A stretch of 64,000 bases of DNA. Origin: Elsinoe ampelina (lineage: Eukaryota). The stretch spans positions 262,677 through 326,676 of the forward strand of contig ML992517.1 in assembly GCA_010093995.1 (NCBI GenBank), in the 5' to 3' direction. Below the pieces are notes generated by a model. It saw nothing but the letters and a program-made list of their open reading frames with translations, ran no database searches and was not told where the DNA came from. The first letter of the stretch is position 1; each line of letters begins with the position of its first letter. Positions 53,254 through 64,000 of the stretch are shown here, piece after piece. The position numbers and the translations under genes are program-made.

Positions 53254-54028
53254 AGAGAACACTACTAGTATAGCTCCGCCTACGATGCTCTCTATAGTAA
53301 GCTACTATCTAGTAGGAGGTAGTAGACGTATCTTTGCCTGCGATATTCCTCTATCTCTTCCTCTTTGTTATACTAGTTATTCCTCCGTAATTCTCCCCTT
53401 AACATCCTTATACTATAAGGCAGGTAATCCCTAGTAGACGCTAGCTTCTCTACTCTCTTTATATACGCTAGAACCCCTAGTAGCGCTATCTATAAGATCG
53501 GGAGATGCTCCGCGATAGATTCGCTTAGTCGTAGCTACTAGGTAGAGATAGTAGCTAGTTCTACTAATGATACGTAGCTAGTATAAAGGAAGCTATAGAG
53601 GGTAGTAGTAGCGGGGAGAGAGAAAGAAGTATCGGAGTCTCCTTACGCACCCTTAAGCCTATAGCGGCGTAGTAGGCAAGATAGAGAGGTATACTATAAT
53701 AGATTTGCTCCGGCGTAACTACTAGGTACTAGCGGTAGTTAATTCTATAAACACGATACAGCCGGTATAGAGGATACTATTAGAAGTAGTAGCGACAGTA
53801 ATATAGGAGTAAATATTAGAGTCGCTATTATATATATAGTAATAGATAATTATAGTATACTAGGTAGGGGATCCGCTATAATAGATAGCTAGCTATTATC
53901 GAGGTTAGATAGAGAGGAGAGAAAAGGTTATACTAGGGACACTAACGCCTACGTTTAAGTCGGTATAAGTAAAGGGCATAAACTAAGGCGTTATAGTAAA
54001 TTATATCTACGATATAGTTATATCGCTA
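53254..54028. repeat. Internal direct repeat Y, copy 1 (possible small + strand gene starting MAPPTM)
   Basis: Near-identical to ~60426-61201. Confidence 0.9.
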
Positions 54029-54155
54029 TAAACAGAGTTTATAACGCGTTTATAATGCTATAAAGATTATAAGTCTCTAAACATATAATACTTAACTTTA
54101 GAGAAGAATATAATTAGATAGCATTACGTAATTAAGTTCCGAGGAGTGCTTAATC

Positions 54156-54353
54156 TAGTTAGGTTAAAATTTTAAGTCATCCTTAAACTTCGAGAGAGAG
54201 GACTAAGAAATTGTTAGTTCGACGCAATAAACTACTAGCTATCCCCTACTAGCTATAGTTAGGTCGAAATTTTAGATTATCTTTAAACTTCGAGAGAGAG
54301 AACTAAGAAATTGTTAGTTCGACGTAATAAACTACTAGCTGTCCCCTACTAGC
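54156..54353. repeat. Tandem duplication, period 100 bp, two copies
   Basis: tagttaggt..aaatttt...aaacttcgagagagag.actaagaaattgttagttcgacg...cccctactagc at 54156 and 54256. Confidence 0.92.
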
Positions 54354-54728
54354 CGCCCTCTACTACTGCTATATATAATATGCTAGAGATAGAGTAAAGC
54401 GACGATTTGTACTACTAAATTTAAGCTAAGTAAGCTTCCTACTAGTAAATACTGTTTTACTATTAGTTAGACTACTATAGCCTTTACATATGTAACTTAG
54501 ACATATCTTTAGTACTCTTACGTAAGTAGAAGTAGATTTATTAGAACATTATATAGGGGCTAGTAGTCCGTAGCGAGTATATCCTACTAGAAGGCGCTTC
54601 TACTACAACGACCTAACTCGAATTAAAATTATCTATCTAAGTTAGTAGCTTACCTTTTATTAAACGTTAAAGCGCCGAGCCGAGGGTCCCTAGCTAAGCT
54701 ATATCTTATTAATCGCTCGAGGCGAAGG

Positions 54729-55155
54729 ATATATTATAGACTTAGGGAGATCTAGATAAGATTAGTTAATATAAACTAAGGATAAACTATGTCTATTACT
54801 AACTCCTCGCTACTAGCTAGTATACTAGTTACTATCTCGAACGTAGTATAATCGGATATAGCTCTACTAGATAAGGACAACCTCCTAGTACTCTACCCTA
54901 TAGACGTGCTACTAGTTGTACTTACTGTAATTACTTACTCTTCCTTATATATGTCTTCTATTATAACCTCGTCTATGCCCTTCTCTTCCTTATGTACGTC
55001 GCTGTCGAGCCTACTATTACTATTACTATCTATTCTACGTACTAGAGGTCGAGAGTCGAGGTTAGTAAAGAGACTAAGAGGATTGTCTACTATGCTATAC
55101 TATATAGTAGACAAAGGGGAAAGGACACTCTACGCTAGCTATAGGCTGTTATTTC
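54729..55155. repeat. Internal direct repeat X, copy 2
   Basis: Matches 47377-47800. Confidence 0.92.
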
Positions 55156-58100
55156 TACCTCGTTACTTAGTTCGGTTCTTATTTACTATAATTCGTAGTA
55201 GAGCTAATAGGACTAAGCTATTATATAGCGTTAGTAGACTAAAGCTAAAATTGTATCTACGCTATAGTACTAGACATGTTAAGACAGAGTTTACTCTAAT
55301 ATATCTAGGTAACAGAGTTTGTCGGCTGTCCCTTACTTAAGGACAATATTAAATACTATACTTAATTAGCTATTATTACGCTATTGTCCTTAGTAGAGGC
55401 TTTTATAGCAATTATAAAACAGAGGGTGCTATATAGGCACGATAATTTTAGCTAGTAAACGATTTATAGCTCTTACTATCTTATATCTCGACTTATTGCT
55501 AGTATTATAATAAGTTAGTTATAAATAGCCTCTACGAAAAAATAGTAATAGCGGTATATAAAGATACCTCGGCTATATAACGTTAAGTCGTTTATACCTA
55601 TAGTTAATCTATTAGGGATAGTCGATTAGTTCGCTAAACTAAAACTAGTACTTTTTAGGTAAAAATTGTAGGCGTTCCCTTAACCGATCTTAATAAGGAT
55701 AAACTAATAATTTGCCGTTACTCCTTTATTAGTTTAAACAACTACACTTTTAGTTCGTCTACTTTGCTATATTATCTTATATAACCTTCTATATTATTGT
55801 TAGTGTATTATAGCTATAGTTGACCTACTTCTTCGGCCGATAGGATAGTATAGTTAGCTTAAGCGTAAATACTATTATTATATCTACGCTAGCGAATGTT
55901 ATATTCTCTAAGGCACTATCGGAAGTCTACTATAATAATTAGATCTATATACTAACTTCGTGTTAAGCGAAGTTACACTATTAAGGTAGAAGTACTAGCA
56001 CTCTACTCGTTATAGAACTATATGCTATTTCTAGTTATAAACTAACTAGCGTAGCCTTCTCGAAGTAAGTTTACTTTAATATAGCTACCCTAATAATACC
56101 TACGTAGCTTACTATAGACTTCTCTCTATAATTGACAATAATAACTTTAGTGCTCTTACTAATTCTAATAGCTTAGCTATTCGGGATTCTCTTAAGTTAT
56201 TATAGATGTAGCTCTCTTATTAGTAACGACCGAACTAGACTAACTAAGTCGAACTAACTACCGTAGCTACTGCTAGCGCTATAGAGTTATATATATAAAT
56301 AATCCCTCGCTGCCTCTTAGTCTTCTAACTACGGGCTTTCTATTCTATAATCTTAAGAATAATAACATAAAGGCTCTATATTCCTAATCTAGCGTAGCGC
56401 TAGCTATATACTTGTCTACTACTTCGGCTCGAGGTACAAAGTCTAAGGAGTGTCTATAGCCTCTACTATAATATCGGTTAATGTTATTACTCTTCCTATA
56501 CTAGTAGGGCGGCAAAGTAAATAAAGTAAGCTTATAACAATATCTAGCATAATTACCTCTAGGTTCCTTTTGCTTATTAAATATAGATATTATTCCGTGC
56601 TACTCTCTCCTATATAGCGTCTCTATAATCGTAGTTAAGGTATACTCCCCTATACGCGAAGCAATTTATATATATAGTACTACTAAAGAAATAAGATATC
56701 TGTCCTCGATTAAAACTTTAAAGTCCTAGTTAGAAATATCTCAAACCTAATAAGACATAAAAGTAGGCGTAGCTACTAGATGTTTTATAATTAGGTTAAG
56801 ATACATATTAAGAGGAATAAATAGAAGTCTAGCTATCTATATAGGGACTAATATAAAGATTTTAAACTAGAAATAAGAAGTAACTATTATATTTACAAAA
56901 AGGGAGCTATAATAGGCTTTAACTATTCTTATATTACCTTCGTATAGGCGGAGAGCTACCTCTTATTATATTATATAGTAATATCGAGTTAAATTGTGTC
57001 TAGTTTATCCTCTCTTGTTCTTTGTAATAGATACGTCTTTACTGCCTATAGATAGAGACTAGCTCTACTATATCGAAGCTACCTTCGTTAAGTAGTAGGT
57101 ATCTAATCTCTTTCTCTCGGTACAATCGACCTTATATTGAATATTAAGCTTAATACTAAACCTACGTATATAGTCGATAAAGCCGTACTAATACCAAGTA
57201 GCAATTATCTAACGAGGAAAGGCATAAGATAGCTAGGCGTTATAGCGTTCTCTTAAAGGACTTATCTACCCTAACATGAAATAAGTTTGTCTCTAGTTTT
57301 AGGCTAACCGAACTAACTTAAGTTTATACTTAGTTAGGAGGTGCGACCTAACCTAAAGCGTCTCTACTATTTATTAGGAGGTGGCAGCTAGAACTAATAA
57401 TAGTTAGCGGGAATTCTTTATTAACTTCTAAGCATACTATATATAAACCTCGCTAGTATATAAGGGTAAAGCCTAATAACTATGTTAGTAGTAACACCTA
57501 CGCGCTCCTTTATAGCACTATACTATTCTTATTTAATTTAGTTAACTCTAAGTTCGGCATAGAACTAAAACTTGTACTATTGCTTCTACTATAATAGAGA
57601 ATAAGATTCTATCCCGCTAACTTATTTCGCTTATTATTAAACGCTCTAGTCTGTTATATCTATAGTAGCATTACTTCGTTTCTATTGTTAATAATATTAA
57701 GAACATATTACTTTTTTAATGCCGATGTTAATCTTATATTAGTAGAAGTAAGTTATTATCTTCTCGGACTTACTCTCTTTACTCTAATACGTTATAGCGT
57801 ACTAGGCGAGCTATAGGAAGTTACTAGTAACAAAGTAGAACTTAGAAGAGGTATTAGAGAGCTCCGAGAGATTATATTTATTTAGATAGATAGCTAGCCT
57901 TAGGTGTATAGTAGCTTATATAATATCCTTTAAGCTATTAAAGCAGTAAGAATATAGATAGCGCCTCGGCGGCATATGCTATAGTCTAAATAGGCTATAT
58001 TCTTCTAGCGGAGAAGAAGGAGCTATATTCTCCTAAAACTATATAAAGTAAGACTATACCCCGAACTAAGTTACTAGGTTAGTTAGAATCCGTCTAGCTA

Positions 58101-59591
58101 TAGTTATAGGACTATCGAGCAAGTTTACTTCTAATAACAATAACAGAAATTGTAGGATTTATAGAGGCTATAGCCTCTTAGGGGTAGAACGAGCTAAATA
58201 AAACTTTATTAGTTAAGAACTAAACAGTTTTGTAAATAACGTAATAGCAAATAAAATATAGTAGTATTACCGCTCTTACCTTTAGTAGTTTAGTCGCTAT
58301 CGCGGGTATTAAACGTTCTATATTATAATATTCTCTTTCTGCTAATCTCCTTTACGCTTCTTATTAGTATTAATGTCTATAAAGTAAAGCTTCTTAGGAG
58401 TAAGAAACACTTCCGAGTTCTCTTCTATAGTAGCCTCGGCTATAGGAAGTAGTTGCTAGCTACTATAATATCGATAAGGGTTGTCTATAAGTGTTAGTAT
58501 ATATAGATAAATAGGGAAGAGGTAAACTTACTTCGTATAAAGTCGAGAAGATCTTTAATAGATACTATAGAAGAAGTAAGATAGAGAAAGATCTTATAGG
58601 CACTAGGGATAAAAGTCATAACATACTTAGTAATAGTAGCGTCTAGATCGAAAGAGTCTTTAATAGCGAAGACTTATATAGAGTTATATATGTTAAGCTA
58701 GTAGAGTTAGAGATAATTACCTCTAATATTAAGGATCTGCCTAAGCTTACCGATGTAGTAATTAACGCGACAATTCTTGTCCTTGCCGGTACTAGACTTT
58801 CTTAAGTTATAGACGCGAATATTCTTTCTTAATGTTAGATACGAGATAGTGTCCGCTTTAATAACCTCTATAATCTAGATCGTAGTAAATTCGATATTAA
58901 TCTAGACACGATTAGACGCTAGCCCCTAGTTAAAGCTAAATATCCTATAATAAGGCTATATATGTAAATCTAATCTCTTATTGCCTGTCTTTACACGAGT
59001 TATATATCTCTCCGAGGATAGTATTCTTACTTAGAAGAGTATTAGTGTCTATATAGACGAGGTAGCTAAAGGATATAGACTCTAGGTGCCTCCTTCGCCT
59101 AGCAATGTTATTCTTTCCCTTTTAACTAATAGGAGATTTGCCCTTATTAATTATATAGTATTTTAGAATAATTACTATATAGCTTTTATCTTGTTAATAT
59201 TAACTATAGTCCGTAAGTTCTCCTTAAACTAGTCTAGATCTTTCCGATCTAGTTAGTTGACGAAGAGCTAGAAATTGTTAGGCATACTATTTAGTAGCCT
59301 AGTTTTAATTTTAAGGTGTGCTTTAAGCACCTTAGAATTACGTAACTCGCTTCTATCTTGTTTCTCGATTTTAATATTAGATTCTATAAAGACTTTTAAG
59401 ATTATTTCCTTTATCCTTATAAACGTAGTAGAGTATTACTAGTTGTCCTAATTAAAGAAGAATTAGATAGATTTCTTACTAATATTATTATTATAAAGTA
59501 CATTCTTAATAAGAGCTAGTATAAGGTTATTAAGTAGAATCTTTTCTATAGGTTTAGTAGCGACCTTTAGCTTCTTTATCTTCGGCGGCAT
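54764..59591 (-). pseudogene. Large hypothetical gene, paralog 2 (~4.8 kb)
   Basis: Intact ATG at 59591 (MPPKIKKLKV...), motifs shared with paralog 1, Cys pairs S(C)NFC...TCS and A(C)LD(C) at ~57970-58155. Confidence 0.65.
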
Positions 59592-60425
59592 AGTGCTATT
59601 ATATGTATTTAATAAGTATAAGAATGTCTACTAGTAAAGGCGTTATATAAGGTAGATAAGGTTAGAGGGGTCAAGATTATATAGCTAGGAACTAAGCGTA
59701 GTAAGTTAAGCGCTATAGAGCAAATAGTAGTAATTATAAATACCTACTACTTAGTATAATATTAAAATACTACGCGGAAAGTAGGTAGTAACTTCTTAAA
59801 TATAATAAAATTTGTATTTAAGATAGTATACTAAAGTAAGTAGTACACTTATAACTAAGATCTAGTTTAGGCCTCGACCTAAAAGTGAACTAGGTTAACT
59901 AAGTCTATGTTTTGTATATGCTAATAGTAATATATAACAATTACTAATATTAGGTCGATGCTAGAACTAAAAGTAAATAAGTTAGTTTACTACTAACAAA
60001 TATTATAGAGCGTAAATTAGGTAAGCAAATAAAACACAGCTATCGGAGGATGTTATAAGTGCTAATTATCGTAGAAAATTAGTGTCGAAGTAATTAACTA
60101 TACTAAACGCTTGCATATTAGTACTATATACAAAGTTATATATGCTCTAAATAGCTAGCGGACTATTTAACAAAGAGTATTATCGTGTAAAGCGACAACC
60201 TTAATGTCTTTATAGTAGATAGGAGATAAGACAAATAATAAGGAATAAAGAAAGATATATAGTATACTTATATATATTAGACAAGGAGATTTTGTTTACT
60301 AGTTAGAGAAGGGGAATTAAAGCGACAGGTATACAATCTATGTAGAAAGAAGTATATCGCTAACGCGAGAAAGTTATAATAAAGCGCTACTAATAACGAA
60401 ACTCCGCTATAAAAGCAATTATAAA

Positions 60426-61201
60426 AGAGAATATTACTAATATAGCTCCGCCTATAATGCCCTCTATAGTAAGCTACTATCTAGTAGGAGGTAGCAGACG
60501 TATCTTTACCTATAATATACCTCTATCTCTTTCTCTTTGTTATACTAGTTATTCCTCTACAATTCTTCCCTTAATATTCTTATACTATAAGGTAAGTAAT
60601 CCCTAGTAGATACTAGCTTCTCTACCCTCTTTACGTATACTAGAACCCCTAGTAGCGCTATCTATAAGATCGAGAGATGCTCCGTAATAGATTCGCTTAG
60701 TCGTAGCTACTAGGTAAAGATAGTAGCTAATTCTACTAATAATACATAGCTAGTGTAAAGGAAGCTATAGAGGGTAGTAGTAGCAGGGAGAGAGAAAGAG
60801 GTATTAGAGTCTCCTTACGTACCCTTAAGCCTATAGTAGCGTAGTAGGCAAGATAGAGAGGTATACTATAATAGATTTACTCTAGCGTAACTAATAGGTA
60901 CTAGTAGTAGTTAATCCTATAAACACGATATAGCTAATATAGAGGATACTATTAGAAGTAGTAGCGATAGCAAGGCGAGAGTAAATATTAGAGTCGCTAT
61001 AGTATATATAACAATTAATAATTGTAGTATACTAGGCGCGGGAATCTGCTATAATAGATAGCTAGCTATTGTCGAGGTTAGATAGAGAGGAGAGAAAAGG
61101 TTATACTAGGGACGCCGACACCTACGTTTAGGTTAGTATAAGTAGAGAGTGCAAACTAAGGCGTTATTACAAATTGTATTTGTAATATAGTTATATTACT
61201 A
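60426..61201. repeat. Internal direct repeat Y, copy 2
   Basis: Matches 53254-54028. Confidence 0.9.
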
Positions 61202-61459
61202 CGTAATAAGCATATAATAAAACTAAGAGAAGATAAAGTTTAGCGCGTCGAACTTTGTAGTTCTATAAGTGTTAGTTTAGGCTAACTAATTACAACTAAG
61301 CACAATTCCGGCATGTCTCTCTTATAAGTAAACTAAGATCTAAGGCTTATCTATTGTAAGTAACACTCGCACCGAATTACTACCTATACTGCCGCTCTCT
61401 TACCTCTACCTCTTTCCTTCTCTCCGTAGCTACACCTATATCTACTTCTTATTAACTAG

Positions 61460-62280
61460 CGATATGCTTAATTAAAGCTATTAAGTAAGCCCTCGCCCTT
61501 GACAATAAAGGCTATAGAGACTTATATAGTCTCTTAGAGGATATTATAATAGGTAAAGGCATAGTTAGAAGAACATTTAGGTCAATTTCTAATAGGAGAA
61601 GGTTAGAGAAGAAGGTGCTTCTAGTAGCACTAGACAGTAATAACATTCGGTGCACGTTTCGGCGTATAATAGAGCTCTTAGAGAGTAGCAATAGTTAAGC
61701 TACCTTCCGTGCTCTTATCTATAAGATAAGTACTAATTTTAGACGTTAGCGGGTATAGTTACACTTAAGATTATATAAGCCTAAAGGAGCGTAGAATAGT
61801 GCTAATACGCTTACCTCGAATAAATCCTTAGATTACTAATTGTAATTATAAGCGCCTTTGCTCTCTAATCGACTAGACGATATACTATTAGTAGTTTATA
61901 AGGATAGAGAGATATATCCTGTCTACTCGATTAGAGATCTTTTACTTACATATTATAAAGCTATAACTACTATATCTAAGAAGAATATAAATATTAAGTT
62001 TAATTAGCTAAGAGTAATATCGATTATAACGGACTACTATATATATAATAAGTAAAGCAATGTCATAGGTTAGAAGGACAATAGAACGCTATATTTTGCT
62101 ATAATAGAGAATACTATCTAGTTTAAGGCTATTATCTTATCTAAGATATTACATAGTTTATCTCTTTATATCCTAATAAGGCAACGAGATTAAGGAAAGC
62201 ATCTAGCCGAAGCAAGCATAAAGGAGAATAGTCCGGTAGTAGACTAAGTCGAACTAAAAAGTAGTAGGGTAATCTACGCT
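61460..62280 (+). pseudogene. Degraded hypothetical gene in F; ends approximate
   Basis: Long frame ...ALALDNKGYRDL.SLLEDI..GKG.V.RTFRSISNRRRLEKKVL... with only RIP-type stops; no domain recognised. Confidence 0.4.
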
Positions 62281-62439
62281 AAGCTATACCTACTACTAAA
62301 CTCTAGAGTTTTAGTTTGTTTACTACGCTTTATCCTTCCTTACCTTTTAACTAAATCGCCCTTTAGAATTACTTATCTATCCTTCTACTATTAATCTATC
62401 GAGTCTATTAGTATCTTTCGGCTAGGCTCCTAAGTATAA

Positions 62440-63125
62440 ATATTAATTGTACTAACCTTGTTTCTCTAGCGGCTAATATCTAGACTATAGGATTAAGTAT
62501 ATAGGCTTCTCTTATCTATTTAGGTGTTAAAGCATAGTCTTCTAATAGTCTCCCTAACTAGCTAGAGGCTTAAATTAGAAGCTCTCTACTATATATATAC
62601 GGAGAAGAGTATAATTACGTTAGTAGCTAGCAAAAGCAATATAGGACCTAGTAGCCTAAATAGCTTAATAGATAGCAACTTCTAGAGGAAGATATTGTAC
62701 TTGTTTAGTAGGAAGTAGGCTAATTACAATTAATAGCGAAGGAGAACGTAAGCTTAATTAGACAACTCTAGCGAAAGAATAATATACTTAGGAAGTATAT
62801 TAGTAAAGCTTTTTACGCGTTTAGCGTCGCCTCTACGGACCTTACTAGTAGAGTGTTAAGGGGCTTATTCGGATTAAACAAGGGTATACGACGCTATACT
62901 AATAGTGCTACTCTACTATTACTATATATAGTTACTAATAGCTAATTAACGCCTGCCCTCTATTACGATATAATTAGTAGAAGATAAGCTACTCTATCTA
63001 GCGTGTCTTATTTAGACACTCTAGACAGCGAGATAGTAAGCGATTAATGCTTTTAGCACTTAGAAGATATACTACTCGGTAAAGGGGGAACTACTAATGT
63101 AATTAATAAGGGAGCTACTATATAA
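62440..63125 (+). pseudogene. Degraded hypothetical gene with a possible coiled coil; ends approximate
   Basis: Frame ...QLLEEDIVLV..EVG.LQLIAKENVSLIRQL.RKNNILRKYISKAF... Confidence 0.35.
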
Positions 63126-64000
63126 ATCGTACTACCTGTCTATATATATAATAGCTAGTTTCTATAGTCTTTCGAATTAGTGTATAATTGCTTAGTCTAA
63201 GTTTAATCTACAATTTCTCTCTATGTATTTCTACTCTAATTATTACTTAACCTAATAATAAATACTATATTTAGTTTAAGTATTTAGTCCAAGTAAGTTT
63301 AAGTAGCTTTCTTTTTTAGTTTAGCTTCTAGTAATTAGCACTCCGCGAGTTAGACCTAGCTATAAGTCTAATTTAATACCCTTACTAGTTAAGATTACTT
63401 TAGGGTATAGGTAGATATAACTAATTCTAATTAGAAGAAAGTCGCGTACTCTAAACACCTAACTAAGCTATTATCTAACTTAAACTAACGCTAAATTACT
63501 ATAACGCATATAAGATAACTATCTATCCCTCTTATAGTATATATTATTCCGGCCTGCCTTACTAACTCTCTTATACCTATATATCTCTTTATTAGAACTA
63601 TTATAAACTAAGATATCTTAGGCACGTCGGCGCCTATATAGCTTAGACTATAAGACTAATAAGTATTCCGAAGATAATAATTTAAGTTATTTCGACTAGG
63701 ATAAAGCAGAGTAAAGCTTTAGCATTAAGGGAGACTAAGCTAACTATATAGGCTATAAATACAATATCGAAGATAAAGGAGAAGGTATAAATTAGACATT
63801 GCTACTCTCGATCCGAGTTTAAGGGAGCTATAACCCGACAAGAATAGCCTAACGTTAGCCTCTACGCTAGTTAAGATAGTAAAGTAGAGGCAATAGAATA
63901 TACTAAACTAGTATCTCGACATTTTTGAGGTAGTATATAATAATCTACGTATAAGTATAGCTATTAGAGTAGATTATAATACAATGTTACTAATATTAGA

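Larger units (their letters stand above)
42221..64000. mobile_element. Large DNA transposon F (Plavaka/CACTA-related), right end not seen
   Basis: Sharp junction inside A copy 3, terminus cattacgaaag, subterminal tandem repeats, Plavaka transposase, uniform milder RIP. Element A does not resume in the window. That all 21.8 kb is one element is an inference. Confidence 0.65.

Noticed and set aside
52670..59910. Recurrent aactag/tagttcga words in F spacers, A LTRs and linkers as a regulatory motif
   Set aside because: Short, and RIP converges many sequences onto cta/tag words; not separable from background by eye.
42221..64000. Starship element (TTAC near the junction, large size, cargo)
   Set aside because: No DUF3435 tyrosine-recombinase motifs seen at this end, and the recognisable mobility gene is Plavaka. 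A captain beyond the window cannot be excluded.
1..64000. Alternative genetic code, organelle or AT-rich bacterial DNA explaining the stop density
   Set aside because: Copy-to-copy differences are mostly C>T/G>A at CpA/TpG and stops differ between copies, which is RIP.
1..64000. Assigning species or named families (e.g. Leptosphaeria Rolly/Olly/Polly)
   Set aside because: Cannot be verified without a database search; sizes alone are insufficient.

Overview
AT-rich fungal (most likely Pezizomycotina) repeat block with no recognisable host gene. TpA is abundant and CpA/TpG are scarce throughout, the signature of repeat-induced point mutation (RIP), so almost every reading frame is broken by stops. 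Protein readings below reverse RIP by eye (TAG/TAA to Gln/Trp/Arg, TAT/TAC to Cys/His) and are inferences. LTR pairs and target-site duplications (TSDs) resolve the window into nested elements. An ~11.4-kb Ty3/Gypsy element E (6476-38542) contains chromovirus B (9007-29665). B in turn contains chromovirus C (14526-21609), a full copy of chromovirus A (23280-29542) and a 410-bp fold-back MITE (12767-13176). Two further A copies flank this nest. The right one is cut at 42220 by a >21.7-kb DNA element F that carries a Plavaka (CACTA-related) transposase and several cargo-like genes, including a tandem pair of ~4.9-kb paralogs. Most notable: chromoviruses B and C each carry an antisense accessory gene between pol and the 3' LTR, encoding a Zn2Cys6-like six-cysteine motif, and the gene in C has three apparent introns. 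Family letters are my own labels; the species cannot be determined.
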